A DNA stretch of 63,044 nucleotides from an uncultured Alphaproteobacteria bacterium (GCA_944392865.1 CALXYD010000003.1:1-63044), one strand, 5' to 3'. Positions 45,610 through 55,654 are shown, counted from the first letter of the stretch. The notes: a model not told the origin generated them from the sequence alone. Numbers and translations are program-made.

Positions 45610-46877
45610 TGATGTTTATCGGAATTTACAAAACGCTAATGACGTTGGCTTTTCCGGTGTTGAAAGCCACTTATATCAAAAAGAGGAAAAAAGCCGGCAA
45701 GGAAGATCTGGCGCGTTTTAACGAGCGGTTGGCACAATATAAACGGCCGCGTCCGGAAGGAAAGCTTTATTGGATGCACGGCGCATCGGTCGGCGAGGCA
45801 GTGTCCATGCTGCCGCTGATTGACCGGCTGTTGCAGGAAAATCCGGACTTGTCAATATTGGTAACGACAGGAACGAAGACGTCGGCGGAGATTATGCGGA
45901 AACGCTTGCCGGAGCGGGCTTTCCACCAGTATATTCCGTTTGACGTGCCTGCGTTTGCCAAACGGCTTATCAAGCATTTCCGCCCTGATGCGGTTATGTG
46001 GTTTGAGTCGGAGTTATGGCCGGCGCTGCTTTCGGAGGTTAAAAACGCGAAAATTCCGCTTATTCTGGTAAACGGACGAATTTCCGACAAGTCGTTTCAG
46101 GATTGGAAAAAGTTTAAGCCGATGGCGAAAGAACTGCTTTCGTGCTTTACTTATTGCCTCGGGCAGTCGGAGCAGGATAAAAACCGGCTGACGATTTTGG
46201 GAGCGCCGAAAGTCGGCTGTGTCGGCAATCTCAAATATGCGGGAATGCCGTTACCGATAGATGAAAACAAGCTGGCGGCGCTGAAAGAGGCCATCGGCGA
46301 CCGCCCGGTGTTTTTTATAAGCTCAACGCATCACGATGAGGAAGAACAGCTGGCGCTTTATCAGACGCTGATGAAAGAAAATGTGCCGAATGTGCTGACG
46401 ATTGTGGCGCCGCGGCACCCGACGCGCGGGCCGGCGTTGGCGCGGATGTATGCCAGCCGGATGTTTAATACGGCGCTACGTTCCAAAGAAGAACCGATTA
46501 CGCCGGAAACCGATATTTATGTGGCGGATACCATCGGCGAGATGGGGTTGTGGTATGCCCTGGCGCAGGTCAGTTTTGTCGGCGGGTCGCTTATTCCGCA
46601 CGGCGGGCAGAATTTTATGGAAGCGGCGCGGGATAAAAACGCGGTTATCGTCGGACCGAATATGCAGAACTTTGTGGATATGATGAATCGGGCGCGCTAT
46701 CATGATGCGGTGTTGCAGATGAATTCGGCGCAGGGCGTGATGGACGAGGCGATAGAATTGTTGCAACAACCGGCGCTGTTGCAGGAACGCCAGCAAAAAG
46801 CTTACGACTGGGCGGCGAAAGAAGGGGCGGTTTTGGAGGCTACCATCAATGTGCTTAACAAGGTATTGAAAAAATGA
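45609..46877 (+). CDS. waaA: 3-deoxy-D-manno-octulosonic acid (Kdo) transferase
   Basis: 422 aa. YWMHGASVGEAVSMLPLI motif and a GT30-like layout. Overlaps the neighbouring genes (TGATG, ATGA). Confidence 0.9.
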   Translation: MMFIGIYKTLMTLAFPVLKATYIKKRKKAGKEDLARFNERLAQYKRPRPEGKLYWMHGASVGEAVSMLPLIDRLLQENPDLSILVTTGTKTSAEIMRKRLPERAFHQYIPFDVPAFAKRLIKHFRPDAVMWFESELWPALLSEVKNAKIPLILVNGRISDKSFQDWKKFKPMAKELLSCFTYCLGQSEQDKNRLTILGAPKVGCVGNLKYAGMPLPIDENKLAALKEAIGDRPVFFISSTHHDEEEQLALYQTLMKENVPNVLTIVAPRHPTRGPALARMYASRMFNTALRSKEEPITPETDIYVADTIGEMGLWYALAQVSFVGGSLIPHGGQNFMEAARDKNAVIVGPNMQNFVDMMNRARYHDAVLQMNSAQGVMDEAIELLQQPALLQERQQKAYDWAAKEGAVLEATINVLNKVLKK

Positions 46878-47809
46878 AGACGCCGCGCTTTTGGCAGGAA
46901 AAAGGGCTTGTTTCGGCATTGCTGACGCCGGCGGGCTGGATTTACGGCGCGGTTACGCAACTTCGGCTCAGGCTTATAAAGCCGCATAAGTGCAAGGCAA
47001 AAGTTATCTGTATCGGCAATATCACGGCGGGCGGAGTCGGCAAGACGCCGGTGGCGATGGCGATGGCGGAAAAATATCTTAAAGCGGGCAAGAAAGTTTT
47101 TTTCGTTACCCGCGGCTATAAAGGCAAACTCAAAAACATTATGGTTGATTTAAAAAAACATACGCCGGAGGAAACCGGCGACGAGGCGCGTCTGCTGGCC
47201 GGAGTGGCGCCGACGATTATTTCGCCGCAACGCGAACTGGGCGCGGAGAAAGCAGTGCGCCTGGGGGCGGAGGTTGTCATTATGGACGACGGTTTGCAAA
47301 ATCCGGGGCTGTTTAAGGACGAAAGCTGGCTTGTTTTTGACGGGGCGACGGGTATCGGCAACGGGAAAACCATTCCGGCGGGGCCGCTGCGGGAAACGCT
47401 TGAAAACGGTGAAAAACGCGGCGATTATGTGTTGATTATGGGCGAGGATAAAACAGGGCTGGCGCAACGTTGCTCGTTACCGGTTTATTACGGCAGGCTC
47501 AAGCCGCAACCGTTTGATTTGGAAAACAAGCGGGTGTTGGCGTTTGCGGGAATCGGACATCCCGAAAAGTTTTACCAGACCTTGAAGAGTATCGGCTATG
47601 TGCCGGTTATTACGCGCGATTTTCCCGACCATCATACTTACACGGCGGCGGAGCTTGACGAGCTGCGGGCAACGGCGGCAATGCAGGGGCTGACGCCGGT
47701 TACGACCGAAAAAGATTATGTCAAGCTGCCGGAGAGCGTCCGCAAGGATATTTATTGCCTTAAAGTGCGAGCGGAATGGCGCGATAAGCCTTTTACGAAC
47801 AAAGATTAA
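46874..47809 (+). CDS. lpxK: Tetraacyldisaccharide 4'-kinase
   Basis: 311 aa. P-loop GNITAGGVGKTP and DDGLQN motif. Confidence 0.92.
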   Translation: MKTPRFWQEKGLVSALLTPAGWIYGAVTQLRLRLIKPHKCKAKVICIGNITAGGVGKTPVAMAMAEKYLKAGKKVFFVTRGYKGKLKNIMVDLKKHTPEETGDEARLLAGVAPTIISPQRELGAEKAVRLGAEVVIMDDGLQNPGLFKDESWLVFDGATGIGNGKTIPAGPLRETLENGEKRGDYVLIMGEDKTGLAQRCSLPVYYGRLKPQPFDLENKRVLAFAGIGHPEKFYQTLKSIGYVPVITRDFPDHHTYTAAELDELRATAAMQGLTPVTTEKDYVKLPESVRKDIYCLKVRAEWRDKPFTNKD

Positions 47810-47829
47810 GCGTGTTAAGAAAACTATTT

Positions 47830-47946
47830 TCCGGCAAATTTAGCGTTCGTTATTTTTTCATATATCCTTATAATTCTAAGTTGTCATAATTACGTCATTT
47901 TTATCCACAAAGATTCCGGCAAATCAAACGAACGCTAAATTTGCCG
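47830..47946. repeat. Perfect 21-bp inverted repeat enclosing a 75-bp AT-rich segment, ending 9 nt before the GT2 start codon
   Basis: ccggcaaatttagcgttcgtt (47830-50) is the exact reverse complement of aacgaacgctaaatttgccgg (47926-46). An extra direct copy of ttccggcaaat at 47913-23 offers an alternative 9-bp pairing with atttgccgg. Confidence 0.9.
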
Positions 47947-47954
47947 GGGTGGTT

Positions 47955-48854
47955 ATGAATAAAGTAAAGTTATCCGTTATTACGGTTTGCTATAACGAGA
48001 AAGAGATTGAGCGCACCTGCCGCAGTATTGCAGGGCAGAAGTGTCAGAATTTTGAGTGGATTGTGATTGACGGCGGTTCTACCGACGGGACGCTTGAGAT
48101 TTTGCAACGCTATAAAGGGCGGATTGACAAGCTGGTTTCCGAGCCGGACAAAGGCGTGTTTGACGCGATGAACAAAGGGATTAAGCTGGCGCACGGCGAG
48201 TGGCTTAATTTTATGAACGGTGGCGATTTATTCGCCAATGATGAAGTTGTTGGGGAATTTTTGCGGCGGGAGGCAAACGCGGACGGCGCCGGTGTGATTT
48301 ATGCCGATTTTTATGTGGTTTACGATGACGGGCAGCGCAGGCTTCGCACGTTTGACGGCCAGCCGTTGGACAAGAGATTTTTTTACGGGGATTGTATCGG
48401 ACATCAGGCGAGCTTTATCCGGCGGGAGTTGTTTGATAAATACGGACTTTATAATGATGCGCACCGGATTGTCAGCGATTGGGAGAAATGGATAGAATTT
48501 GCCGAAAACGGCGTGGCCTTTCGGTATGAGGATTTTACGGCTGCCGATTTTTATTATAACGGTATCAGTTCCAAGATGACGCCCAAACACGCGGCGGAAC
48601 GCGGCGAGGTTATCGCCGCGCATTTCAGCAAGGATGAAATTGCAGCGTGCGAGGCAGCGAAATACTGCCGGCGGACGGCGAAATTGTTCGGGGTGTTGCC
48701 GCTCTGGACATTTAAGCGGAAAACAAACGGCACGCGGATTGATATTTTGCTGTTCGGCGTTCTGCCGTTCTATAAAATTACGCAAAAGCACGGAAAGGCG
48801 AAGCATTATCTGTTCGGGATTCTGCCGTGGCTTTGTGTTAAGGAGAAAGTCTGA
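47955..48854 (+). CDS. Family 2 glycosyltransferase
   Basis: ATG at 47955. LSVITVCYNE...EWIVIDGGSTDGT. The C-terminus carries three FG(V/I)LP motifs. Confidence 0.85.
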   Translation: MNKVKLSVITVCYNEKEIERTCRSIAGQKCQNFEWIVIDGGSTDGTLEILQRYKGRIDKLVSEPDKGVFDAMNKGIKLAHGEWLNFMNGGDLFANDEVVGEFLRREANADGAGVIYADFYVVYDDGQRRLRTFDGQPLDKRFFYGDCIGHQASFIRRELFDKYGLYNDAHRIVSDWEKWIEFAENGVAFRYEDFTAADFYYNGISSKMTPKHAAERGEVIAAHFSKDEIAACEAAKYCRRTAKLFGVLPLWTFKRKTNGTRIDILLFGVLPFYKITQKHGKAKHYLFGILPWLCVKEKV

Positions 48855-49879
48855 TGGCGGAATACAGGCATATTCCGGTATTTTTAGCCAGCGATGACAA
48901 CTATGCGCCGTTTGCGGCGACAATGATGTATTCCGTGCTGGAGCATACCGACGCGTTTATTGATTTTTATGTGTTGGATGGCGGTATCAGCGACGAAAGC
49001 AAAATTCTTATCGCGGCTTCGCTTGCGGCTTTTGAGCATAAGAGCCTTACTTATTTTGATATGTCAGCATATGGATTGGGACGATTTCCTAATGTCAAGC
49101 ATTATTCGCTTAATGCTTTTTCCCGATATTTTATTCCGGAGCTGGCACAACAACTTGAGAAGATTATTTATTTGGATGTTGATATTATCGTTAAAGGCGA
49201 TATAGCAGAGTTATATGACGAAGATATGGGCGGATATCCAATTGCTGCCGTTTTGGAGGATTTTTATGCCGGCAACTGGACGATGTTGAAGGAAAAAATT
49301 TATCCGCAGTACAATGGCGGCGACCGTTATTTTAATACAGGGGTGTTGCTGTTGGACATTCCGCAGCTTATTGCCGGGAATTATACGGATAAAATGATAA
49401 AGCTGACGGTGGAATTGTCTGATAAATTGAATTGTCCGGATCAAGATGTTTTTAATATCCTGTTTGAGAACAATTTTAAGGTGTTGGATTATCGGTATAA
49501 TTTTATGCCCGGCCATTGGCAAATGTTGCAGGAAAAACATCCGGAGATTAAAACGATTGCGCCGTTTGCAATACATTATACCGCGGGCAAACCGTGGCGG
49601 GGTTCGTGTGAGATGAAAGAGGAATTTGACCGGGTATTGCGGGAAACATATTTTGCAACCTTGGTCAAAGATAAATTTCAAGGGGAACAAAAGAATATTT
49701 CTTATTCCGTGCGCCTGTTTGTGTTTATTCCGTTATCGAAGATTGCCGTAAAGCGCAACAAAATTTACGTTAAACTGTTCGGCGTTCTGCCGTTCTATAA
49801 AATTACGCAAAAGCACGGGAAGGCGAAGCATTATCTGTTCGGGATTCTGCCGTGGCTGGTTATAAAGGATAAGAATTAA
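48854..49879 (+). CDS. Family 8 glycosyltransferase (LPS glucosyl/galactosyltransferase-like)
   Basis: SD AAGGAGAAAG. ASDDNYAP, YLDVDIIV (DxD), NTGVLLLD and CPDQDVFN. The C-terminal tail is shared with the GT2 protein. Confidence 0.85.
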   Translation: MAEYRHIPVFLASDDNYAPFAATMMYSVLEHTDAFIDFYVLDGGISDESKILIAASLAAFEHKSLTYFDMSAYGLGRFPNVKHYSLNAFSRYFIPELAQQLEKIIYLDVDIIVKGDIAELYDEDMGGYPIAAVLEDFYAGNWTMLKEKIYPQYNGGDRYFNTGVLLLDIPQLIAGNYTDKMIKLTVELSDKLNCPDQDVFNILFENNFKVLDYRYNFMPGHWQMLQEKHPEIKTIAPFAIHYTAGKPWRGSCEMKEEFDRVLRETYFATLVKDKFQGEQKNISYSVRLFVFIPLSKIAVKRNKIYVKLFGVLPFYKITQKHGKAKHYLFGILPWLVIKDKN

Positions 49880-49885
49880 CGGCGC

Positions 49886-51280
49886 TTAGCCCAGGAAGCT
49901 TTTGATACGGGAGGAGAAGATGATGTCCTCTTCGGTCAGGCGTTTTTTTATCAGCATATCGGCTTTGCGGCGGGTGCGTGAAAGGGCGACGTAGAGCTGG
50001 CCGTGGGCGAAGGCGCCGCGGTCTATGTCTATTACCACGCGGTCAAGGGTTTTGCCCTGCGCTTTATGTATGGTCAGCGCATAGCCCAACTGTAACGGGA
50101 ATTGGATAAACGAGCCGGTTTCTTTTTCGGTAACGTCGCCGGTTTCTTCGTTGACGTCATAGGCAAAAGATTTCCATTCTTCGCGGCGGACAGTGATGTG
50201 CCGGTTATCCTGCAGGCAACGGACGACAATGCAACGGTCTTCCAATTTTTCAATAATGCCGGATGTGCCGTTGATATAGTCGGGGTAGTTGTTTTTGTTG
50301 AAGACAACGAGCGCGCCCTCTTTTAAGGTCAGCGTTTTCGGGGAAGGGGTATCCTGCATTTTTTCAAACGAGCCGGAAAGCTGTGCCTCATATTCGCGGG
50401 CGGGCGTATCCAGAGCGGCGAGGCGGCGGCGGTTGATACCGTCGGCAACCGCGCGATACGGCGTGATGGTGATTGCGGTTGAGATGAAGTCCGGCGGGTA
50501 TTCCTCGGCGCGATTAAAATAATCAACCGTTTCGGGGAGATTTTCGCCCAGGCGGAGGTTTTGCAGATAAGACAGCAATTCGCGGTCGCTTTGGCGATAG
50601 ACCTCGGTCAGCTCAATTTTTTCAAAGGCGCCTTTCCGGTAGGCTTTGGCGTCAAAAAAATAAGGTTCGGCGGTGCCGTATTCCTGTTTGAAAGCGGGTA
50701 TGGCGCCGGTTTTGATTATCGGGGGGAGCTGGCAGAGGTCGCCGATGAGGACAATCTGCAGGCCGCCGAACAGCGAGAAATTGCCGCGTGCCTGCTGGCA
50801 CAGCGCTTCTATGGCGTCCAGAATGTCCGGGCGCAACATTGACACTTCGTCAATTATCAAGATGTCGGTTTTTTTTAAGATGGATTTCAGCTTGCGGCGG
50901 CGGCTCGCCAGGACTTCGCGCATTATCAAAAAGTCGCTTAAGGGCAGGGTAAACATGGAATGTATCGTCGCGCCCTCAATATTCAACGCGGCAATGGCGG
51001 TCGGGGCAACAAGGCGGATACGTTTTTTAGAATGTTTTTTCAGGTATTTGATGAAGGTTGATTTGCCGGTGCCGGCCTGCCCCTGAATAAACAGGTTGCG
51101 TTTGGTGTGCTCTATCAGGTCAAACAGTTTGCGTTGAGCCAGATTCAGCGTCGCCAAATCTTTGACGGATTTGGAGATGGCTTGCAGAGCCGCCGTTTCG
51201 TTGCCGGCGGGCGGCGTATCCGTTGAAAGCGGCGGCATTTCGGACGGCGGGGGGTTATGAAAGGCGTCGGCGGGCTGCAT
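49886..51280 (-). CDS. Pif1/RecD-like ATP-dependent DNA helicase
   Basis: 464 aa. Walker A GQAGTGKST, Walker B IIDEVSM, C-terminal motif TIHKAQGKTLDRVVI. Confidence 0.85.
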   Translation of the reverse strand: MQPADAFHNPPPSEMPPLSTDTPPAGNETAALQAISKSVKDLATLNLAQRKLFDLIEHTKRNLFIQGQAGTGKSTFIKYLKKHSKKRIRLVAPTAIAALNIEGATIHSMFTLPLSDFLIMREVLASRRRKLKSILKKTDILIIDEVSMLRPDILDAIEALCQQARGNFSLFGGLQIVLIGDLCQLPPIIKTGAIPAFKQEYGTAEPYFFDAKAYRKGAFEKIELTEVYRQSDRELLSYLQNLRLGENLPETVDYFNRAEEYPPDFISTAITITPYRAVADGINRRRLAALDTPAREYEAQLSGSFEKMQDTPSPKTLTLKEGALVVFNKNNYPDYINGTSGIIEKLEDRCIVVRCLQDNRHITVRREEWKSFAYDVNEETGDVTEKETGSFIQFPLQLGYALTIHKAQGKTLDRVVIDIDRGAFAHGQLYVALSRTRRKADMLIKKRLTEEDIIFSSRIKSFLG

Positions 51281-51282
51281 GG

Positions 51283-52143
51283 TTACATCCGCAGTTTGAT
51301 GTTACCCCAACCGCCGGTTTTGGGTTTGGCGGCGGTAGAAGACGAATCGGCAGGCGTGTCCGCACCGCCGTTGTTTTCCGTCGGCGCGGCTGCCGGCGAA
51401 TCGGGCTTTTGCCAGTTCATTACCGGCGCGTCCTGCAACAACGGCTGCGTGTCGTATTTTTCAGCTTCCTGCACTGTTTCGGCAACACCGTTGGCAACGG
51501 TTTTTTTCAAAAGCGAGGGCGAATTGAATTTGTCGCGCGGCTTGTCAAACTGGCTGATGATGTCGTCAATTACGCCTTGTTTGATGTTAAAGGCATTGTA
51601 GCGCCCGGCATAGAAGACCGTAAACGACGGACAGGGCGACGAGAGCAGAACGTCCGTGTAATCAACGCCGCGGACAAAACGCAGCATTACTTTGGGCTCA
51701 ATGCGGCAGTTTGCCGGCGCGGTGATGATGTTCGGGCTTTGGGTGAACAGAGCCTCGTAGGTGGTGGCGGTGGCGCTCCGGTCAAGCTCGCCGCAATAGT
51801 CAACAATCGCGAAGTTGTTTAAGGTATAGCCCGTGTAGCCTTGCGGTTTGGCGGAAACGTGATAGCAAAAGACCTGTTCGGCTTCGGCGACGTTTTTAAC
51901 TGCGGTGTCTGCCGTGGCTTTGGGCAGCGATGACATAATGAAAGGAATGACGCTCTGGCGCGTTGAGCCCTGAGGGATTTTAGGCAGGCCGCTGTCGCTG
52001 TCTTCGCCCATCGGCAAAAGGCCTTCATACAGGCCGAAACCCTGCAACTCCGGCGGCAGGTCGGAATTTTCGGTTTGGGCTTCAACCGGGCGGCCAAGCA
52101 ACAGCGCAAGGCTTAAAACAGCGGCGGATAATGCTTTTGACAT
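51283..52143 (-). CDS. Secreted hypothetical protein (286 aa)
   Basis: ATG at 52143 after AAGGAG. Signal peptide MSKALSAAVLSLALLLGRPVEA. Its stop lies 2 nt before the helicase start. Confidence 0.65.
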   Translation of the reverse strand: MSKALSAAVLSLALLLGRPVEAQTENSDLPPELQGFGLYEGLLPMGEDSDSGLPKIPQGSTRQSVIPFIMSSLPKATADTAVKNVAEAEQVFCYHVSAKPQGYTGYTLNNFAIVDYCGELDRSATATTYEALFTQSPNIITAPANCRIEPKVMLRFVRGVDYTDVLLSSPCPSFTVFYAGRYNAFNIKQGVIDDIISQFDKPRDKFNSPSLLKKTVANGVAETVQEAEKYDTQPLLQDAPVMNWQKPDSPAAAPTENNGGADTPADSSSTAAKPKTGGWGNIKLRM

Positions 52144-52392
52144 AGCTTTTGCTCCTTGAAATAAAATGTTTGAGCCGGCGCGCGGAAATATCCGGCGCAT
52201 TATGGCTTATTGTAGGCCGGCGAAGGTTAACAAAAGGTGAATCCTGCGCCGGTGCCGGGAGGAATGAAATGGTAAAAATATTTTCTGTTTCAGCATTTTT
52301 TTAAGACTTCATTTAGATATTGGCGGTTATGCTGTTTACAATATATTTTGCAGCTTCGCACTAACTTATTTTTTTACGGGAATTTGGATATA

Positions 52393-53439
52393 ATGTGGTC
52401 TTTTTTGTCTTACGCGCCGGAAACGGTGCCTTGTCGGGCGGTGTTGGCTTTTGTAACGGCTTTGGTGTTGTCGCTTTTGTGCGGCGGCAGGTTGATTGCT
52501 TTTCTCAAAGGGCATGAAAAAGAGGGGCAGCCGATACGCGACGACGGGCCGCAATCGCACGTTGAAACAAAAAAAGGAACGCCGACGATGGGCGGGTTGC
52601 TGATTTTGGGCGCGAGTTTGGCGGCCATGCTGCTGTTTGCCAACGTGACGCAGCACTTTGTCTGGATTTCAATGTTGGTGCTGATTGTCTACGGGGCGAC
52701 GGGGTTTGCGGACGATTATGTCAAAGTTAAGAAGCAGACGCCGAACGCGATGACGGCGAAGATGAAGCTGTTTATTCAGTTTATGGCGGCGGTGCTGGCG
52801 GTCAACGTGATTGCGGCGGCAACGCCGAACTCTATTGAGAGCCGGCTTTATATTCCCTATATTGACTGGTCGTTTGAATTGTCCTGGGTGTATATTCCGT
52901 TTGCGGTGGTGGTAATTTCCGGCGCGTCAAACGCGGTCAATCTCAGCGACGGGTTGGACGGCCTGGCGGCGGGAATGCTGGCTATCGTCTTTTCCGCGTT
53001 TATGGTTTTTGCTTTTGCTACCGGTTATCCGGCATTTAGCGAAACGGCGTTTCCCTATGTTCCGAAAAGCGCGGAAATTGCCGTGGTTTGCGCGGCGCTG
53101 ACCGGCGGGTGTATCGGCTTTTTGTGGTTTAATTTGAAGAAAGCGCGGGTGTTTATGGGCGATACGGGTTCGCTGGCGCTCGGCGCGGTTCTCGGCGTGA
53201 TGGCGGTTATTTTGAAACATGAGCTGCTGTTGGCGATTGTCGGGATTGTGTTTGTGGTGGAAACGGTATCGGTAATGATTCAGGTGCTGTATTTTAAAAA
53301 GACCGGCAAGCGCTTTTTTAAGATGGCGCCGATTCACCACCATTTTGAACAGTTGGGCTGGAGCGAGGTTAAAGTTGTTTATACGTTTTGGGCGGTTACG
53401 GCGTTGGCGTCGGCTATCGGCTTGTTGGCATTGATGTAG
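52393..53439 (+). CDS. mraY: Phospho-N-acetylmuramoyl-pentapeptide transferase
   Basis: ATG at 52393. NAVNLSDGLDGLA, MGDTGSLALG and APIHHHFE. Confidence 0.95.
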   Translation: MWSFLSYAPETVPCRAVLAFVTALVLSLLCGGRLIAFLKGHEKEGQPIRDDGPQSHVETKKGTPTMGGLLILGASLAAMLLFANVTQHFVWISMLVLIVYGATGFADDYVKVKKQTPNAMTAKMKLFIQFMAAVLAVNVIAAATPNSIESRLYIPYIDWSFELSWVYIPFAVVVISGASNAVNLSDGLDGLAAGMLAIVFSAFMVFAFATGYPAFSETAFPYVPKSAEIAVVCAALTGGCIGFLWFNLKKARVFMGDTGSLALGAVLGVMAVILKHELLLAIVGIVFVVETVSVMIQVLYFKKTGKRFFKMAPIHHHFEQLGWSEVKVVYTFWAVTALASAIGLLALM

Positions 53440-53457
53440 GAAAGGGCGCGGACGGTT

Positions 53458-54591
53458 ATGTTTTCTTTTGCCAGACACAGCAAGAGCAAAATATCCAACT
53501 GGTGGTGGACAGTGGACAAGGTTACGTTTTCGCTGACCGTCTTTCTGATTTTTATCGGGGCAATGCTGGTGCTTTCCGCCAGTCCGTCGGCGGCCAACCG
53601 CGACCATCTTGCCGATGATTTCGCGTTTATCAAAAAACAGGGCGTGTTTATCTGCGCAGGGCTGGTGTTGCTTATCGGCGTTTCCATGCAGAGCCTGCGT
53701 ACTATCCGGCGGTTGGCGGTGTTGGGTTTTCTCGGCGCATTTATCGGCATTGTGTTGACCTATATTGTCGGCGACGCAACCAAAGGGGCGGCGCGGTGGA
53801 TAAAATTTGCCGGTTTTTCGCTCCAGCCGTCCGAGTTTGTCAAGCCGATGTTTATTGTGGTGACGGCGTGGCTGTTAGACGCGAATAAGCGTATTGACGA
53901 TTTTCCGGGGATGGCTGTGGCGGTGGGGCTGTTTTTATTAACGGCGCTGTCAGTCTTCGGGCAGCCGGATTTGGGTATGACGGTTTTAATCGCCGGCGTA
54001 TGGGCGTTGCAGATGGTTTGGGCGGGAATTCCGGTCTGGCTGATTGCGACGCTGTTCGGCGCCGGGATTATGCTGGTAACGGGGTCGTATTTCTTTTTGA
54101 CGCACGTGCGTGACAGAATAGACCGTTTTCTGGCGGCGGAAAATGAAATCGGGTCGCAAATTCAGAAATCCATGGACGCGTTTGCCAACGGCAACCTGCT
54201 CGGGCGCGGTCCCGGCGAGGGTTATTATAAAATGACGCTGCCAGATGTGCATACGGATTTTATCTTTGCGCTGGCCGGCGAGGAATGCGGTGTGTGGTTG
54301 ACGACGATTATTGCGGTGGCGTTTGCGGTTATCGTGGCGCGGACGATGTTGCTTTCCATGCGCGACAACAATCTGTTTGTGATGTATGCGGCGTCCGGCC
54401 TGGCGGCTTCGCTCGGCGGGCAGGCAATCGTCAATATGTGTTCGGCTTTGCAGCTTATGCCGGCGAAAGGAATGACGCTGCCGTTTGTTTCCTACGGCGG
54501 TTCTTCCATGCTGGCGAGTTGTCTGGCGATGGGAATGCTTTTGGCGATAACGCGCAAAAACGCGGCGGCGGAGGATAAAGACAACGGTTGA
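53458..54591 (+). CDS. ftsW: Peptidoglycan glycosyltransferase FtsW (SEDS family)
   Basis: 377 aa and about 10 TM helices. Motifs SLQPSEFVKP and TLPFVSYGGSS. Located within the division cluster. Confidence 0.88.
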   Translation: MFSFARHSKSKISNWWWTVDKVTFSLTVFLIFIGAMLVLSASPSAANRDHLADDFAFIKKQGVFICAGLVLLIGVSMQSLRTIRRLAVLGFLGAFIGIVLTYIVGDATKGAARWIKFAGFSLQPSEFVKPMFIVVTAWLLDANKRIDDFPGMAVAVGLFLLTALSVFGQPDLGMTVLIAGVWALQMVWAGIPVWLIATLFGAGIMLVTGSYFFLTHVRDRIDRFLAAENEIGSQIQKSMDAFANGNLLGRGPGEGYYKMTLPDVHTDFIFALAGEECGVWLTTIIAVAFAVIVARTMLLSMRDNNLFVMYAASGLAASLGGQAIVNMCSALQLMPAKGMTLPFVSYGGSSMLASCLAMGMLLAITRKNAAAEDKDNG

Positions 54592-54676
54592 TACCGCGGC
54601 GGTTGAAGCGGCGGAATATCGTCATTAAATATAATAACGGCCGGAGATAATCCGGCGAAAAGAAAAGGAGAGAGCC

Positions 54677-55603
54677 ATGTTCGGGCGATTATTCGGGGCG
54701 AAAACGCCGATTTTGGAAAGCCTGCCGGAAGTGCGGGGAAAATATATTGAAAATGCCAAGCTGGCCAAACATACCTGGTTTGGGGTCGGGGGACCGGCAG
54801 AGGTGTTGTTTTTGCCGGAAGACGCCGATGATTTGAAGGCGTTTATGATGCGCAAGCCCGAGGGCATACCGGTTACGGTTATCGGCGGTGGTTCCAATCT
54901 GCTTATCCGCGATGGCGGTATTCCCGGCGTGGTGGTCAAGCTGGACACGCCGGCGTTTAAACAAATTACGTTTAACGGGACGGAAGTTACCGTCGGCGCG
55001 GGGCTTAAAAACAGCGATTTGAAAAAAGCGCTTGTTGATAACGGCGTTGGCGGGTTGGAGTTTATCTGTTCGGTGCCGGGGCGTATCGGCGGGCTGCTCA
55101 GAACAAACGCCGGTTGTTTCGGGCGGACGGTGTCAGATGTGTTTGTCAAGGCGCATATTCTCAATGATTGGGGCAATGTTTATGAAACGACGGCGGAAGA
55201 TTTTAATTTTTCCTATCGTTCAAGCCTGTTTCCTGATGACTGGATTGTGCTTGATGCGACGTTTAAAGGTGAGAAAGCCGCGCCCGAGGAAATTAAAAAG
55301 ATTATGGACGAACATTCGGAATATCGCCGAAGCCATCAGCCCATCAATCAGAAGACCGCCGGCTCAACATTTAAGAATCCCGACGGGCTGCAAGCGTGGA
55401 AGCTGATTAAAGAGGCCGGGTGCGCCGGTATGAAAGTCGGCGGGGCGGAAGTGTCGCCGATGCATTGCAACTTTCTTATCAACCGGGGGAAAGCGACGGC
55501 GGCGGATATTGAGGAACTTGGCGAGGCGATTATAGAAAAAGTCAAAGCGAAAACGGCGATTACGTTGGAGTGGGAAGTGCGGCGCATGGGCGTGAAAAAA
55601 TAG
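54677..55603 (+). CDS. murB: UDP-N-acetylenolpyruvoylglucosamine reductase
   Basis: 308 aa. FAD-binding domain VIGGGSNLLIRD and C-terminal GSTFKNP. Confidence 0.93.
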   Translation: MFGRLFGAKTPILESLPEVRGKYIENAKLAKHTWFGVGGPAEVLFLPEDADDLKAFMMRKPEGIPVTVIGGGSNLLIRDGGIPGVVVKLDTPAFKQITFNGTEVTVGAGLKNSDLKKALVDNGVGGLEFICSVPGRIGGLLRTNAGCFGRTVSDVFVKAHILNDWGNVYETTAEDFNFSYRSSLFPDDWIVLDATFKGEKAAPEEIKKIMDEHSEYRRSHQPINQKTAGSTFKNPDGLQAWKLIKEAGCAGMKVGGAEVSPMHCNFLINRGKATAADIEELGEAIIEKVKAKTAITLEWEVRRMGVKK

Positions 55604-55654
55604 AAACGGCATGCGCGGCATAAATGAAGCGAAAGGACGGAAAGTTAAGGGAAA

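Noticed and set aside
47900-47908. Perfect DnaA-box 9-mer TTATCCACA.
   Set aside because: It is a single isolated copy with no cluster, AT-rich unwinding element or dnaA/dnaN context. One chance occurrence in 63 kb (both strands) is not improbable.
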